Source of the DNA: Thermodesulfobacteriota bacterium
GTDB taxonomy: Bacteria > Desulfobacterota > Desulfobacteria > Desulfobacterales > C00003060
Reading direction: 5' to 3'
DNA: 64,000 nucleotides
Assembly (NCBI GenBank): GCA_034189385.1
Contig: JAXHVD010000013.1
Location: forward strand, 32,001-96,000
Of this stretch, positions 52,700 through 63,029 are shown piece after piece. The notes beneath the pieces were generated by a model that worked only from the letters and a program-made list of their open reading frames with translations, had not been told where the DNA came from and did not search any database. Within the stretch, counting starts at the first letter, position 1. The number at the start of each line of letters is the position of its first letter. The translations under genes were made by a program, and so were the position numbers.

Positions 52700-53887
52700 A
52701 TGGCCGGCGTGAGAATCTATTCGGCAAAAGGATGTCCGTTCTGTGACAGGGCCAAATCGTTTTTGGAGGAGAAGGGAATCACCTTTGAAGAGATTGAGAC
52801 CGTACCGGAATCAAAGGCCTGGATGGAGATGAAGGAGAAGACCGGAAGCGGTTCTCTGCCTCAGATAGTGATCCATGGCGAGCCGGTGGGGGGATACAGT
52901 GATCTTGTTAACATGGAAGCCGGTGGCGAATTCTACAAGAAACTGGGGCGTACTGAACCGGAAGCATCCCCCCGTCTTTTCGATGTGATCATCATCGGGA
53001 CCGGTCCTGCGGGCTTGAGTGCTGCCATTTATACGGCCCGGAAGGTCCTTAAAACCCTTGTTATTGGCAAAGAGATGGGCGGGCAGGTGGCATGGACATT
53101 TGATGTGGACAACTACTTGGGGTTCAGTCATGTCGACACAGCTGACCTGATCTCAAAGTTCGAGGAACATGTGGAAAAATATGGCGTGGAGAAGGTCACC
53201 GGCGTTGAGGTCACCGCCTTGGATCTTAGCGGCAAGGTGAAAAAAGTCACCGCAGGCGAGGCAGAGACGTATCAGGCCAAGACGGTCATTATTGCCACGG
53301 GGAAGCGGCCCAGACCCCTCAATGTGCCTGGTGAAAAAGAGCTGATCGGTAGGGGCGTGGCCTATTGTGCCACCTGCGATGCCCCTCTGTTTGCAGACCT
53401 TGATGTGGTGGTGGCAGGGGGCGGCAATTCAGCCTTGCAGTCAGCCATTGACCTTATAAAAGTCGCCCGAAAGGTCTACGTAGTCTCGTTGACCCCCTTG
53501 ACGGCCGACCAGATCCTTCAGGACAAGGTAACCAGTGCCGCCAACGTGGAGATCTTCACGGAATACAAAATTACCAGAGTCTTGGGAGACACGGCCGTCG
53601 AGGGCTTGGAGATGGAGGCCCTTGAGACAGCTGAGGCAAAGACCTTGAAGGTTCAGGGCGTATTTGTGGAGATCGGCCTCCTTCCCAACTCTGAGCTCGT
53701 GGTGGACACCTTGCGGACCAATCGTGTGGGAGAGATTGTCGTCGACAACAGGTGTCGCACCGGCGTCGCGGGCGTGTTTGCCTGCGGGGATGTGACGGAT
53801 GTTCCGTATAAACAAGTCGTTGTGGCAGCAGGGGAAGGGGCAAAAGCAGGCCTCTCGGCCTATGAGTATATCATTACCCAGAAGTAG
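52700..53887 (+). CDS. glutaredoxin domain fused to thioredoxin-reductase-like flavoprotein
   Basis: CPFC...LPQI....VGGYSD (Grx); GTGPAG, CATCD, GGGNSA and FACGD (TrxR). Confidence 0.9.
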   Translation: MAGVRIYSAKGCPFCDRAKSFLEEKGITFEEIETVPESKAWMEMKEKTGSGSLPQIVIHGEPVGGYSDLVNMEAGGEFYKKLGRTEPEASPRLFDVIIIGTGPAGLSAAIYTARKVLKTLVIGKEMGGQVAWTFDVDNYLGFSHVDTADLISKFEEHVEKYGVEKVTGVEVTALDLSGKVKKVTAGEAETYQAKTVIIATGKRPRPLNVPGEKELIGRGVAYCATCDAPLFADLDVVVAGGGNSALQSAIDLIKVARKVYVVSLTPLTADQILQDKVTSAANVEIFTEYKITRVLGDTAVEGLEMEALETAEAKTLKVQGVFVEIGLLPNSELVVDTLRTNRVGEIVVDNRCRTGVAGVFACGDVTDVPYKQVVVAAGEGAKAGLSAYEYIITQK

Positions 53888-54033
53888 TAGATTGACATAG
53901 GGGGCAATCCTTCATTCTGCGGTTCAGAAGGCAGACAAAGAGGTCTTCGTGTCTTAAGGCATAAGGTTTTGCAGTCAGCCCTTGGCTGGCGCGCAGGGGC
54001 CGATCGACGGTTCTGTGTAAGGAGGAATGGTTT

Positions 54034-55848
54034 ATGGAAAAGCAGTATAAGTTTTCCATCTGGTATGTGCTCATCGCCATCTGGATCGTGCTGATTCTTC
54101 AAAACATGATCTTCCAGTTCTTTTCAGTAGAGAGGGTGCCGTACAGTGAATTTGTCAAGGCTCTGCAAGGGGGGAAGGTGATAGAGGTGGCCGTGACCCA
54201 GGATCGCCTTCAGGGAAAGATGAGGGTCGAAAAGGACGGCAAAGAGACAGAAAAGGTGTTCAGCACCGTCCGTGTGGATTCGAACCTTTCCGAACTGTTG
54301 GAGAGGTATAATGTCACCTTCAAGGGGGTTGTGGAGAGCAACTTTCTAAAGAACCTCGCTTCGTGGGTCATTCCTATCTTTATTTTTGTGGGTGTCTGGT
54401 ACTTCATGATGAAACGTTTTGCTTCGCAACAGGGCGGTTTCCTGACGCTAGGTAAGAAAAAGGCGAAGGTCTACGTGGAAGATGAAGTCGGGGTGCGCTT
54501 TGAAGATGCCGCCGGCGTCGACGAAGCCAAGGAGGAACTCGTGGAAGTGATCGAGTTCCTGAAGTTCCCAGACAAGTTCACAAGATTGGGCGGAAAGCTT
54601 CCCAAAGGGATCTTGCTGGTGGGCCCTCCGGGAACGGGTAAGACCCTCTTGGCCCGAGCAGTAGCCGGAGAAAGCGGTGTGCCCTTTTTCAGCATGAGCG
54701 GCTCAGAGTTCGTGGAACTCTTTGTGGGCATGGGCGCCGCCCGCGTACGGGATCTCTTTGCCCAAGCTAAAGAGAAGGCCCCTTGTATCATTTTCGTTGA
54801 CGAACTTGACGCCCTGGGCAAGGCTCGGGGTATCGGCATGACCGGGGGCCATGACGAGAGAGAACAGACCTTGAACCAGCTCTTGGTGGAGATGGATGGA
54901 TTTGACCCCACCATAGGGGTCATTCTGATGGCCGCCACCAATCGTCCGGAGATTCTGGATCCGGCCCTGCTGCGAGCCGGCCGCTTTGACCGACACATCC
55001 TGGTGGATAGACCGGACAAAAACGGCAGAGCGGATATTCTGAAGGTTCACTTAAAAGGGATCACGATGGGCAAAGACATTGACGTGGATGCCGTGGCAGG
55101 GATGACGCCCGGATTTGTGGGGGCCGATTTGGCCAATCTGGTGAACGAAGCCGCCCTTTTGGCCGTGCGGCACGACAAAGAGAAGGTCGGGATGGCCGAG
55201 TTTCAGGAGGCAGTGGAACGTATCGTTGCCGGACTGGAAAAGAAGAACCGTCTCATCAACAAAAAGGAAAGAGAAATTGTGGCCTATCACGAGGTGGGCC
55301 ATGCGCTCGTGGCCCTTTCTTTGCCCGGGACCGACCCGGTTCGAAAGATCTCCATCGTGCCGAGGGGGGTGGCCGCCCTGGGTTATACTCTCCAGGTGCC
55401 CACCGAGGACCGCTTTCTGATGAGCAAAAGCGAACTCTTGAACAAGATCGCTGTGGCACTCGGCGGCCGGGCCGCAGAAGAGATCAAGTTTGAAGACATC
55501 TCAACGGGCGCACACAATGATCTTGCCAGGGCTACGGATATTGCGCGAAGCATGGTCAAGCAATACGGTATGAGCCCCCAGCTGGGCCACATCTACTTTG
55601 AGAAAGAACGCACTCGGCAGTATTTTCTTGATATGGGGATGAGTTCACCAAAAGACTACAGCGAGAAGACGGCAGGACTCATTGACCATGAGATGAGGGA
55701 CATTATTGACCAGCAGTACCAGGTGGCCAGGGGGATACTGACCAAGCATAGAAAGGCCCTGGATGAGGGGGCGGCCCTGGTGTTAAAAGAAGAGAACATC
55801 GAGGGCGATCGCTTGAAGAACCTCCTTGGAGCCGAGAAGACAGGCTAG
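54034..55848 (+). CDS. ftsH: ATP-dependent zinc metalloprotease FtsH
   Basis: Two TMs, GPPGTGKT, FVDELD, ATNRPEILDPALLR.GRFDR and HEVGH motifs. Confidence 0.97.
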   Translation: MEKQYKFSIWYVLIAIWIVLILQNMIFQFFSVERVPYSEFVKALQGGKVIEVAVTQDRLQGKMRVEKDGKETEKVFSTVRVDSNLSELLERYNVTFKGVVESNFLKNLASWVIPIFIFVGVWYFMMKRFASQQGGFLTLGKKKAKVYVEDEVGVRFEDAAGVDEAKEELVEVIEFLKFPDKFTRLGGKLPKGILLVGPPGTGKTLLARAVAGESGVPFFSMSGSEFVELFVGMGAARVRDLFAQAKEKAPCIIFVDELDALGKARGIGMTGGHDEREQTLNQLLVEMDGFDPTIGVILMAATNRPEILDPALLRAGRFDRHILVDRPDKNGRADILKVHLKGITMGKDIDVDAVAGMTPGFVGADLANLVNEAALLAVRHDKEKVGMAEFQEAVERIVAGLEKKNRLINKKEREIVAYHEVGHALVALSLPGTDPVRKISIVPRGVAALGYTLQVPTEDRFLMSKSELLNKIAVALGGRAAEEIKFEDISTGAHNDLARATDIARSMVKQYGMSPQLGHIYFEKERTRQYFLDMGMSSPKDYSEKTAGLIDHEMRDIIDQQYQVARGILTKHRKALDEGAALVLKEENIEGDRLKNLLGAEKTG

Positions 55849-56064
55849 CTGTCTGTCGGTATCTTTCGATCGTGTTGGAGGTGGCCGAATGCAAAGGGGT
55901 TGTCGCCCAAGTCCCTTTTGCCTGAACCGTTTTTGCATGGATCCATCGCTTGTCCGAGCCCGCCTTGTATGGCAGATTCGTTGGAATCTATGGACAAGAA
56001 ATGTTTCAAAGAAGGGCCTGGAGGAATTTCTGTCTGGGCAACAGCCCGTAGAAAGGGGGAGGAG

Positions 56065-56394
56065 ATGAAAAAAGCTGGTTTGGGTCTTTTGATCGTCTGT
56101 TTGCTGGGATCGGTCGGTATGGGAGCGGAGAAGGAAAAAGGCGTGTTCCATGAATTGAGGTGTGACATATGTCACAAGGCAGAGCCTTCCGGAAACTCGC
56201 CTTCTTTGAAGGAAATAGCCCAGGGTTACCAGGGGAAAGAAGATCACCTCCTGGGCTATTTGAAGGGGGATGTGGACCCCATCGTGAAACCGGGCGGCGC
56301 AGGTGTGATGAAGAGATATCTTGAAAAGACAAAGGCCCTTTCAGCTACGGAGACGAAATCATTGGCTGACTTTATCATGAGCCAGTCAAAATAG
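56065..56394 (+). CDS. monoheme cytochrome c
   Basis: Signal peptide, CDICH, PSLKEIA..Y and distal Met (GVMK); GGAGG RBS. Confidence 0.85.
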   Translation: MKKAGLGLLIVCLLGSVGMGAEKEKGVFHELRCDICHKAEPSGNSPSLKEIAQGYQGKEDHLLGYLKGDVDPIVKPGGAGVMKRYLEKTKALSATETKSLADFIMSQSK

Positions 56395-56510
56395 GAAACA
56401 AGTCTTAGGGCAACAGCCCGTCCAGACCCAGCCATTTCAAGTCCGGTGTGTTAGGGATATCGACCTTGGAGATGTGGATGTCTCCTAAGATGAAATAGGG
56501 AGGTGACGCT

Positions 56511-57215
56511 ATGGAAGGAGCCCCTGTAGCAAGAGAAAGAACACAGGTCGTGGTCAACGATTTTGTGAGGAGTGTTTACAACTGGATGGGCGTGGGACTT
56601 GCACTGACCGGATTTATCGCCTTGTACGTCTCCACCAGTGAGACCCTGATGCGGCTCGTTTTCGGCAACCAACTTATTTTTTTCGGGTTGATCATAGCCG
56701 AGCTTGCCCTGGTCTTTTCCATAAGCGCGAGAGTAGACAAGATGAGCGCAGGCACAGCCACCACCCTCTTTGTTATCTATTCCGCCCTCAATGGGGTGAC
56801 CTTGTCCTTCATATTTCTCGTCTATGCCCGGGCCTCCATTGTAAGTACGTTCTTCATCTGCTCAGCCACTTTTCTGGCGTGTAGTGTTTACGGCTGGACG
56901 ACCAAGAGGGATTTGACCTCCTGGGGCGGATTTCTCATGATGGGGCTGATCGGTGTCATTATCGCCTCTTTGGTCAATATGTTCATCCAAAGCAGCGCGG
57001 TGAACATGATGGTCAGCTACATAGGGGTGCTCGTATTTGTGGGCCTGACCGCCTATGATACCCAGAAATTGAAAAACATGGCCGTGACACAGCCCGCTGG
57101 CCTTGACGCCGCCGTGATCAAAAAGGGAGCTGTTTTAGGTGCCCTGTCTCTTTATCTTGACTTCATTAACCTCTTCTTGCTGCTGCTCAGGATTCTTGGC
57201 CGGGGGCGGGACTAG
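56511..57215 (+). CDS. yccA: Bax inhibitor-1/YccA family membrane protein
   Basis: VYNWM..GL, YG.TTKRDL and TAYDTQK...ALSLYLDFINLF motifs. Confidence 0.92.
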   Translation: MEGAPVARERTQVVVNDFVRSVYNWMGVGLALTGFIALYVSTSETLMRLVFGNQLIFFGLIIAELALVFSISARVDKMSAGTATTLFVIYSALNGVTLSFIFLVYARASIVSTFFICSATFLACSVYGWTTKRDLTSWGGFLMMGLIGVIIASLVNMFIQSSAVNMMVSYIGVLVFVGLTAYDTQKLKNMAVTQPAGLDAAVIKKGAVLGALSLYLDFINLFLLLLRILGRGRD

Positions 57216-57338
57216 GTTTTAAAGGAGACATGTTTGGGGTTTGTCGATCGTGTGCCGCTTGCCCTTGTGATACTGAGGCCCAGGCTAGTGATGCAGCGTG
57301 ACCAAGAGTAAGGCGTAAGAGGTATTCTTATTGCTTCC

Positions 57339-58769
57339 ATGAAAGCGCATTCAAAACGGGCAAGGACCAAGATTGTGTGCACCTTGGGCCCGGCCACCTT
57401 TGCGGCCGATGGCATTCGGCGGCTTATTCTCTCGGGAATGGATGTGGCTCGTCTCAACTTTTCCCATGGGGACCACGACACCCATCGTCAGACCCTTCGG
57501 ATCATCAGAGAGCTCTCTAAGGAATTGGGAAAAGAGGTTGGGGTCCTCCAGGACCTTGGGGGACCGAAAATCCGTATCGGAAACCTGCCGGTTCAAGAAA
57601 GACGCCTCCAGCCTGACGAACCTGTTGTTCTGAGCCCAGCGGCCACATCGGATCCATCCGTGATCCCCGTGAACTATCCTTATATTGTGGAGGACGTAGA
57701 AGTCGGCAGTCGCATTCTCCTTGCCGACGGCCTGATTGAACTTGAGGTGCAAGGGAAAGAGGCGGACCGGCTGGTTTGTCGGGTGGTGGTGGGAGGGATG
57801 GTGCAGTCTCACAAGGGGATCAATTTGCCATCCAGCACGCTCAGGGTGCCGGCTTTCACTGACAAGGACCGGGAAGATCTTGCCGTTGGATTGGAAGAGG
57901 GAGTGGATTTTGTAGCCCTATCCTTTGTTCGTCACGAACAGGACCTGGAACCGGTGCGGGCAATTTTAGACCAGAGCCCGAAACCTCCTTTGTTGATCGC
58001 TAAGATTGAAAAAGCCCAGGCCATCCAAAGGTTTGATAAGATCCTGGCCATGGTTGACGGTGTCATGGTGGCCCGGGGTGATCTGGGCGTAGAAATGCCT
58101 CTGGAGGCGGTGCCGATGATCCAGAAGAAGATCATTCGGATTGCCCGTCAGTCTGGCAAACCGGTGATCACTGCCACGCAGATGCTCCGATCCATGGTTG
58201 AGAGCCCCCGGCCCACCCGCGCGGAGGCAACGGATGTGGCAAACGCTATTTTAGACGGTACGGATGCCCTGATGCTCTCCGAGGAGACGGCTATGGGAGC
58301 TTATCCCATAGAGGCTGTGAAGGTCCTCGACAGAATTGCTCGAACCACGGAACCGTACTTAAGGGAACGTGACTTGCTGAACGAACCAATGGCCGAGTCC
58401 CTTCCCATGACCGCGTCGAGCATCAGTCGGTCTGCCTGCTGGATGGCTGACAATCTTCATGCAGCCGGCATCGTTGCCGGCACGTCTTCGGGCAGCACGG
58501 CCCGTTTAGTGGCGCGATTTCGACCCGCATGCCCTGTGGTGGGGTTGACCCCTCGCCTTGAGACGCAACGCCAGTTGACCTTGTCTTGGGGGGTACTCCC
58601 CACCTTGGCGACATCCTTTTCAGACACAGAGCAGATGTTTGACTTGGCCCGTTCATGGGCCGTGGAGTACGGCCTTGCCCGCCAAGGAGACCGTCTAGTC
58701 GTGACTGCGGGCGTCCCGTTGGGAGCCCCTGGAAGCACGAATCTTCTGAAAGTCATTGAGATTACATAG
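57339..58769 (+). CDS. pyk: pyruvate kinase
   Basis: RTKIVCTLGPA, RLNFSHG, IAKIE, MVARGDLGVE and ATQML.SM motifs. Confidence 0.97.
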   Translation: MKAHSKRARTKIVCTLGPATFAADGIRRLILSGMDVARLNFSHGDHDTHRQTLRIIRELSKELGKEVGVLQDLGGPKIRIGNLPVQERRLQPDEPVVLSPAATSDPSVIPVNYPYIVEDVEVGSRILLADGLIELEVQGKEADRLVCRVVVGGMVQSHKGINLPSSTLRVPAFTDKDREDLAVGLEEGVDFVALSFVRHEQDLEPVRAILDQSPKPPLLIAKIEKAQAIQRFDKILAMVDGVMVARGDLGVEMPLEAVPMIQKKIIRIARQSGKPVITATQMLRSMVESPRPTRAEATDVANAILDGTDALMLSEETAMGAYPIEAVKVLDRIARTTEPYLRERDLLNEPMAESLPMTASSISRSACWMADNLHAAGIVAGTSSGSTARLVARFRPACPVVGLTPRLETQRQLTLSWGVLPTLATSFSDTEQMFDLARSWAVEYGLARQGDRLVVTAGVPLGAPGSTNLLKVIEIT

Positions 58770-58793
58770 GCCCAGAAAGGGACAGGAGTGCGT

Positions 58794-58848
58794 ATGGTGA
58801 AGTTGGTGCTGCTCCGCCGCGGGCCAGCGAGCCTTGAACCTGGAAAAC
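58794..58848 (+). pseudogene. gpmA: 5' remnant resembling 2,3-BPG-dependent phosphoglycerate mutase
   Basis: AGGAG RBS, MVKLVLLRRG, then out-of-frame NLEN; compare KLVLLRHGxSxWNLEN. Confidence 0.5.
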
Positions 58849-59058
58849 TTGATATACGAATGCATGTCTCCTTCGGAGATGGTTGGAATTACTCGCTTTC
58901 AGGCGAAGTAAGTTTTCAAGTGTTTGGATACAGCCGTGTAGGAGTTTTGTCGTTCCGGCCCTGTATCAAGGACGGGGTAGACTGCAGCCGGGCACGCAGT
59001 GCCTCTTTTGAAGCCGCCGGGCGCAAACTTGAGATACATGCTTAGAGGAATGTAAGAC

Positions 59059-61185
59059 ATGGAGTCTGAAGAAAGTCTATTTCTCAACCTCCCCCAGCGT
59101 CTTGTGGGACTGGGGGAGCTGGCTGAAAATTTGTGGTGGAGCTGGCATCCCGCTGCGAGAATGCTTTTCAAGACGCTGAGCCGTCGAGCGTGGAAGGAGA
59201 CCGGCCACAATCCCGACAAACTGCTCAGGGAGTTGCCCCAAGAGATTTTAGAATCAGCCGCCAAGGATCCTGAGTATTTGCGCCAGTATGACGTCGTGCT
59301 TGCTCGGTTTCAGGGGGAGATTTCGGAGGCATGCTGCCTGGTCAATGCCGGAAGTGATCCGAACATCCACGCCATCGCCTATTTTTCCGCAGAATATGGC
59401 CTGCATCATTCCTTGCCCTTTTATGCCGGGGGATTGGGTTTTTTGGCCGGGGATTTTGTCAAGGAGTGCAGCGACTTGAGGTTGCCAATGGTGGCTGTGG
59501 GCTTCATGTATCCGGAGGGCTACGTTCAACAGCGGATTCGCGAAGACGGCTGGCAGGAGAACCTGGATCAGGCCCTTGACCGGGATGCTGCGTCCATATC
59601 CAGGGTTCTGAATGAAAAGGGAGAGCAGGTGGTGGTGAAAGTCCCTTTTATCGAGCCGCCCATTCATGTGGCCGTGTGGAAGGTGACGGTCGGCAGGGTC
59701 CCCCTTTTTCTCATGGACACGGATATTGAGATCAACGATCCGTGGTACCGCGCCATATCGGCGCGTCTCTACACGGGCGACATTGAGCAGCGGCTGCGGC
59801 AAGAAATCGTCCTCGGCATTGGAGGGACAGAGGTCTTGCAGGCCCTTGGCATCAAACACACGGTACTCCATCTAAATGAAGGACACGCTGCTTTTGCCCT
59901 CCTTGAGAGAATTAGGGCCAGGGTGGAGGCAGGAATGGGGTATGAAGAGGCTGCAGACCAGGTAAGGCGCACCGCCATTTTCACGACCCACACCCCGGTG
60001 CCGGCAGGTCATGATGTGTTCCCTTTTCAATTGATGGGAAAGTACTTTCATTCTTACTGGCCGGCCTTGGGCCTGGATCACGACAGGTTCCTGGAGCTGG
60101 GTGTTCACCCCCAAGAACCGGCAGCAGGATTTAACATGACGGCCTTTGCCCTCAGAATGTCCGGGTATAGCAATGCCGTGAGTAGAAAACACGGGGAGGT
60201 GAGTCGGCGCATGTGGCAGAGCCTGTGGCAGGAGGGGGCTGAAGATCACGTGCCCATTGGCCATGTGACCAACGGTGTGCATGTGCCCACATGGATTGAA
60301 CCCAAGCTGGAACTCCTTTTCAATAAATATCTCGGCCCAGACTGGTTGCGGGATCACGATAATCCCTCTCTTTGGGAGTTGATCGACAATGTCCCGGATG
60401 AAGAGCTATGGCAGACCCATTACTGGCTGAAGATCAAATTGATCGATGCCGTGCGGGAGCGATCTCGCCAGCTCTGGGCCAAGGAGCGGGTCAGCCCTTC
60501 CATTGGGCTTGCCGGAGGAGCCTTGCTGGACCCTTCAGTATTGACATTGGGCTTTGCAAGACGCTTTGCGACCTATAAAAGGGCGGATCTCATCTTCAGT
60601 GATATGGAACGATTGAAAAGGCTTCTGAACGACAGATGGAGGCCGATACAGATTATCTTTGCGGGCAAGGCCCACCCGGCAGACGACCCGGGCAAGCGCA
60701 TTCTGCAGAGAGTATTTAATGCTGCCCGCGACCCGGAGATGGGCGGGCGGATCGCCTTTGTACAAGATTACGGTGAGCAGTTTGCACAATACATGGTCCA
60801 TGGGGTGGATGTATGGTTAAATACCCCTCTACCGCCCATGGAGGCAAGCGGCACGAGCGGCATGAAAGCGGCCTTAAATGGCGTGCCCCAACTGAGTATC
60901 ATGGACGGGTGGTGGATCGAGGGATTCAACGGCAAGAACGGTTGGGCCTTTGGGCAAGAAGCAATAGACGGGAACGGGGACCAGCAAGACGCCGATGGCC
61001 TTTACACTATTCTGGAAAAGGAAGTCATCCCTCTTTACTATAAGGTCTCGGACAATGGTACGCCCCACGACTGGGTCAGGGTCATGAAGGAGTCTATCAA
61101 GAGCAATGGGGCCAGGTTTTCAAGTAGGCGGATGGTGAGGGAATATACTCAAAAATTCTATATGAAGGCGTTGAAAGAGGCATGA
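59059..61185 (+). CDS. glgP: alpha-glucan (glycogen) phosphorylase
   Basis: YFSAEYG, GGLGFLAGD, HLNEGH, ARRFATYKR and EASGTSGMK motifs. Confidence 0.96.
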   Translation: MESEESLFLNLPQRLVGLGELAENLWWSWHPAARMLFKTLSRRAWKETGHNPDKLLRELPQEILESAAKDPEYLRQYDVVLARFQGEISEACCLVNAGSDPNIHAIAYFSAEYGLHHSLPFYAGGLGFLAGDFVKECSDLRLPMVAVGFMYPEGYVQQRIREDGWQENLDQALDRDAASISRVLNEKGEQVVVKVPFIEPPIHVAVWKVTVGRVPLFLMDTDIEINDPWYRAISARLYTGDIEQRLRQEIVLGIGGTEVLQALGIKHTVLHLNEGHAAFALLERIRARVEAGMGYEEAADQVRRTAIFTTHTPVPAGHDVFPFQLMGKYFHSYWPALGLDHDRFLELGVHPQEPAAGFNMTAFALRMSGYSNAVSRKHGEVSRRMWQSLWQEGAEDHVPIGHVTNGVHVPTWIEPKLELLFNKYLGPDWLRDHDNPSLWELIDNVPDEELWQTHYWLKIKLIDAVRERSRQLWAKERVSPSIGLAGGALLDPSVLTLGFARRFATYKRADLIFSDMERLKRLLNDRWRPIQIIFAGKAHPADDPGKRILQRVFNAARDPEMGGRIAFVQDYGEQFAQYMVHGVDVWLNTPLPPMEASGTSGMKAALNGVPQLSIMDGWWIEGFNGKNGWAFGQEAIDGNGDQQDADGLYTILEKEVIPLYYKVSDNGTPHDWVRVMKESIKSNGARFSSRRMVREYTQKFYMKALKEA

Positions 61186-61502
61186 GGCAATGAAACACCG
61201 TTTGGCGAGGGTGTCGCGCTCTAGAGGTTATGCGCAAAGGACAAAAAGGGCTTCAGGTGAAGATCGGTGAATTTAAAGAGGAATGGACGCTCCGAGCGAT
61301 GACACACAACCCCTAAGAAGATCTTCCACTTGGCATGCACGCTGAGCAGCTCATGCTGAAAATCATCTGGTATTTCGGTTTTTCGGAAAAAACTGGTCTG
61401 GTTGTAGGAGGGCTGGCTGGCGAGAGCAAGCAACTCAAGCAGGTCTTTAGCATAAGAACCTCATCATTGAACTGAATAAAATCCAATAAGGAAAGCAATT
61501 GA

Positions 61503-63029
61503 ATGGGCAGTATAGATTTGTCTCACCTGATAAGGAGTAATTTATTCATGAATGTTAATTTTCAATACAGGCCTATCTTTCTTCTCTTATGTTTTAATGC
61601 CCTTTTTGCGTTCAATCTTTACGGCTGCATTCAGAAAAAATCATATAATTATAAAGATGTCAAAAAAGAGGTAGAAGTTAAAAAGATGTCGACCTCTTTC
61701 AATCGAAAAACCGTGCAAGAACCGGATTTTATTGTTCCTTCATCACCTTTACCCTTGGTGGATGCTATCAAAATCGCCCTTCAAAATAATCCTGAAATCG
61801 AGATGGCCGTAGCCCGGATAAACCAGTCCGAGGCGTTGATCGACGAAGCAACAGCATCATTCTGGCCTGTCATCTCGACCTTCATGGAATACATACAGGG
61901 TGATGCTCCTTCTGCCTTTCTCTTCAAGACCATGGACCAAAGGAAATTGCAGCAGGGTGTCAACTTCAATGACCCTGGCTGGTTTGAAAATTACGAAATC
62001 GGTTTAAAAGCGACGATCAACCTCTACAATGGAGGACGAGATTTGCTTCGCAAGCGAATGGCCGAGACTGGCCTTGAAATTTATGAACTAGATTATCAGA
62101 GTGTTGAGAATGCACTCATTGCATCCGTAATTGGGGGATATTTCAATGCCCTTGCAGCCAACGATTTCATAGAGATCGCCAAGGAGTCTGTAACTACGGT
62201 TGAGAAACAACTTAGAATCATGCGTGTGAGATATGAAGAGGGAGGGGCTCTCAAATCGGATGTCCTTTCCCTTGAGGTGCGATTGGCCCAGGCACGGGAA
62301 GATCTTGTTAGGGCCAGAAACAATTACATGCTTTCCATTGCAGCCCTTTCGAATCTTCTGGGTTTACATCCAAATGTGGCTCTGTCATGTAAAAAAGGTG
62401 AAGAGACCCCTTTAGAATTACCACCTGATTACGAATCAGGTATCGTTCACGCCCTCGCCAACCGTCCCGAACTGCAAAAAGTAAGGCTTCAGATCATCCA
62501 ATCACGAATGGGTTTGGATGTGGCCCGTGCGGGATATATCCCTCGCCTAGATGCTCAGAGCAGGGTCTATTATGATGATCCAGATTTTGATTTTTCTGAT
62601 GACCGGAGGAACTGGACAGCCGGTGTCATCCTGAATTGGGATCTCTTCTCAGGATTCAGTACGAGAGCTCACGTTGCCAAGGAAAGAGCAATTCTTGAAG
62701 AGATGATAGCCGCTGACCGAAAAACCACCCAGGCCGTCCAATTGGATTTGAAAACCGCTTATCTAAAGATGGCGGAGTCTGAGGCGCGTCTGGAGGTAAC
62801 AAAGGCAAGCGTTGCCCAGGCAGACGAGACCCTGAGACTCGTTAAGAAGCAATATGAGGGTGGTTCCGCGAGCATCACTCGATACCTGGATGCGGAACTG
62901 ACAAGAAACAAGGCCAAGATTAGAACCGCGGCTGCACTCTATGACCTGCAAAAGGCCAAAGCCGCGGTGGGCCGTGCACTGGGTATTTGGGCCATCTTTG
63001 CGGAAGGAGTACATGACAAGTATGAATAA
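61503..63029 (+). CDS. TolC family outer-membrane efflux protein (start may be 61548)
   Basis: AIKIALQNNPE, ALANRPEL and repeated Y..G motifs; possible lipobox LYGC. Confidence 0.88.
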   Translation: MGSIDLSHLIRSNLFMNVNFQYRPIFLLLCFNALFAFNLYGCIQKKSYNYKDVKKEVEVKKMSTSFNRKTVQEPDFIVPSSPLPLVDAIKIALQNNPEIEMAVARINQSEALIDEATASFWPVISTFMEYIQGDAPSAFLFKTMDQRKLQQGVNFNDPGWFENYEIGLKATINLYNGGRDLLRKRMAETGLEIYELDYQSVENALIASVIGGYFNALAANDFIEIAKESVTTVEKQLRIMRVRYEEGGALKSDVLSLEVRLAQAREDLVRARNNYMLSIAALSNLLGLHPNVALSCKKGEETPLELPPDYESGIVHALANRPELQKVRLQIIQSRMGLDVARAGYIPRLDAQSRVYYDDPDFDFSDDRRNWTAGVILNWDLFSGFSTRAHVAKERAILEEMIAADRKTTQAVQLDLKTAYLKMAESEARLEVTKASVAQADETLRLVKKQYEGGSASITRYLDAELTRNKAKIRTAAALYDLQKAKAAVGRALGIWAIFAEGVHDKYE

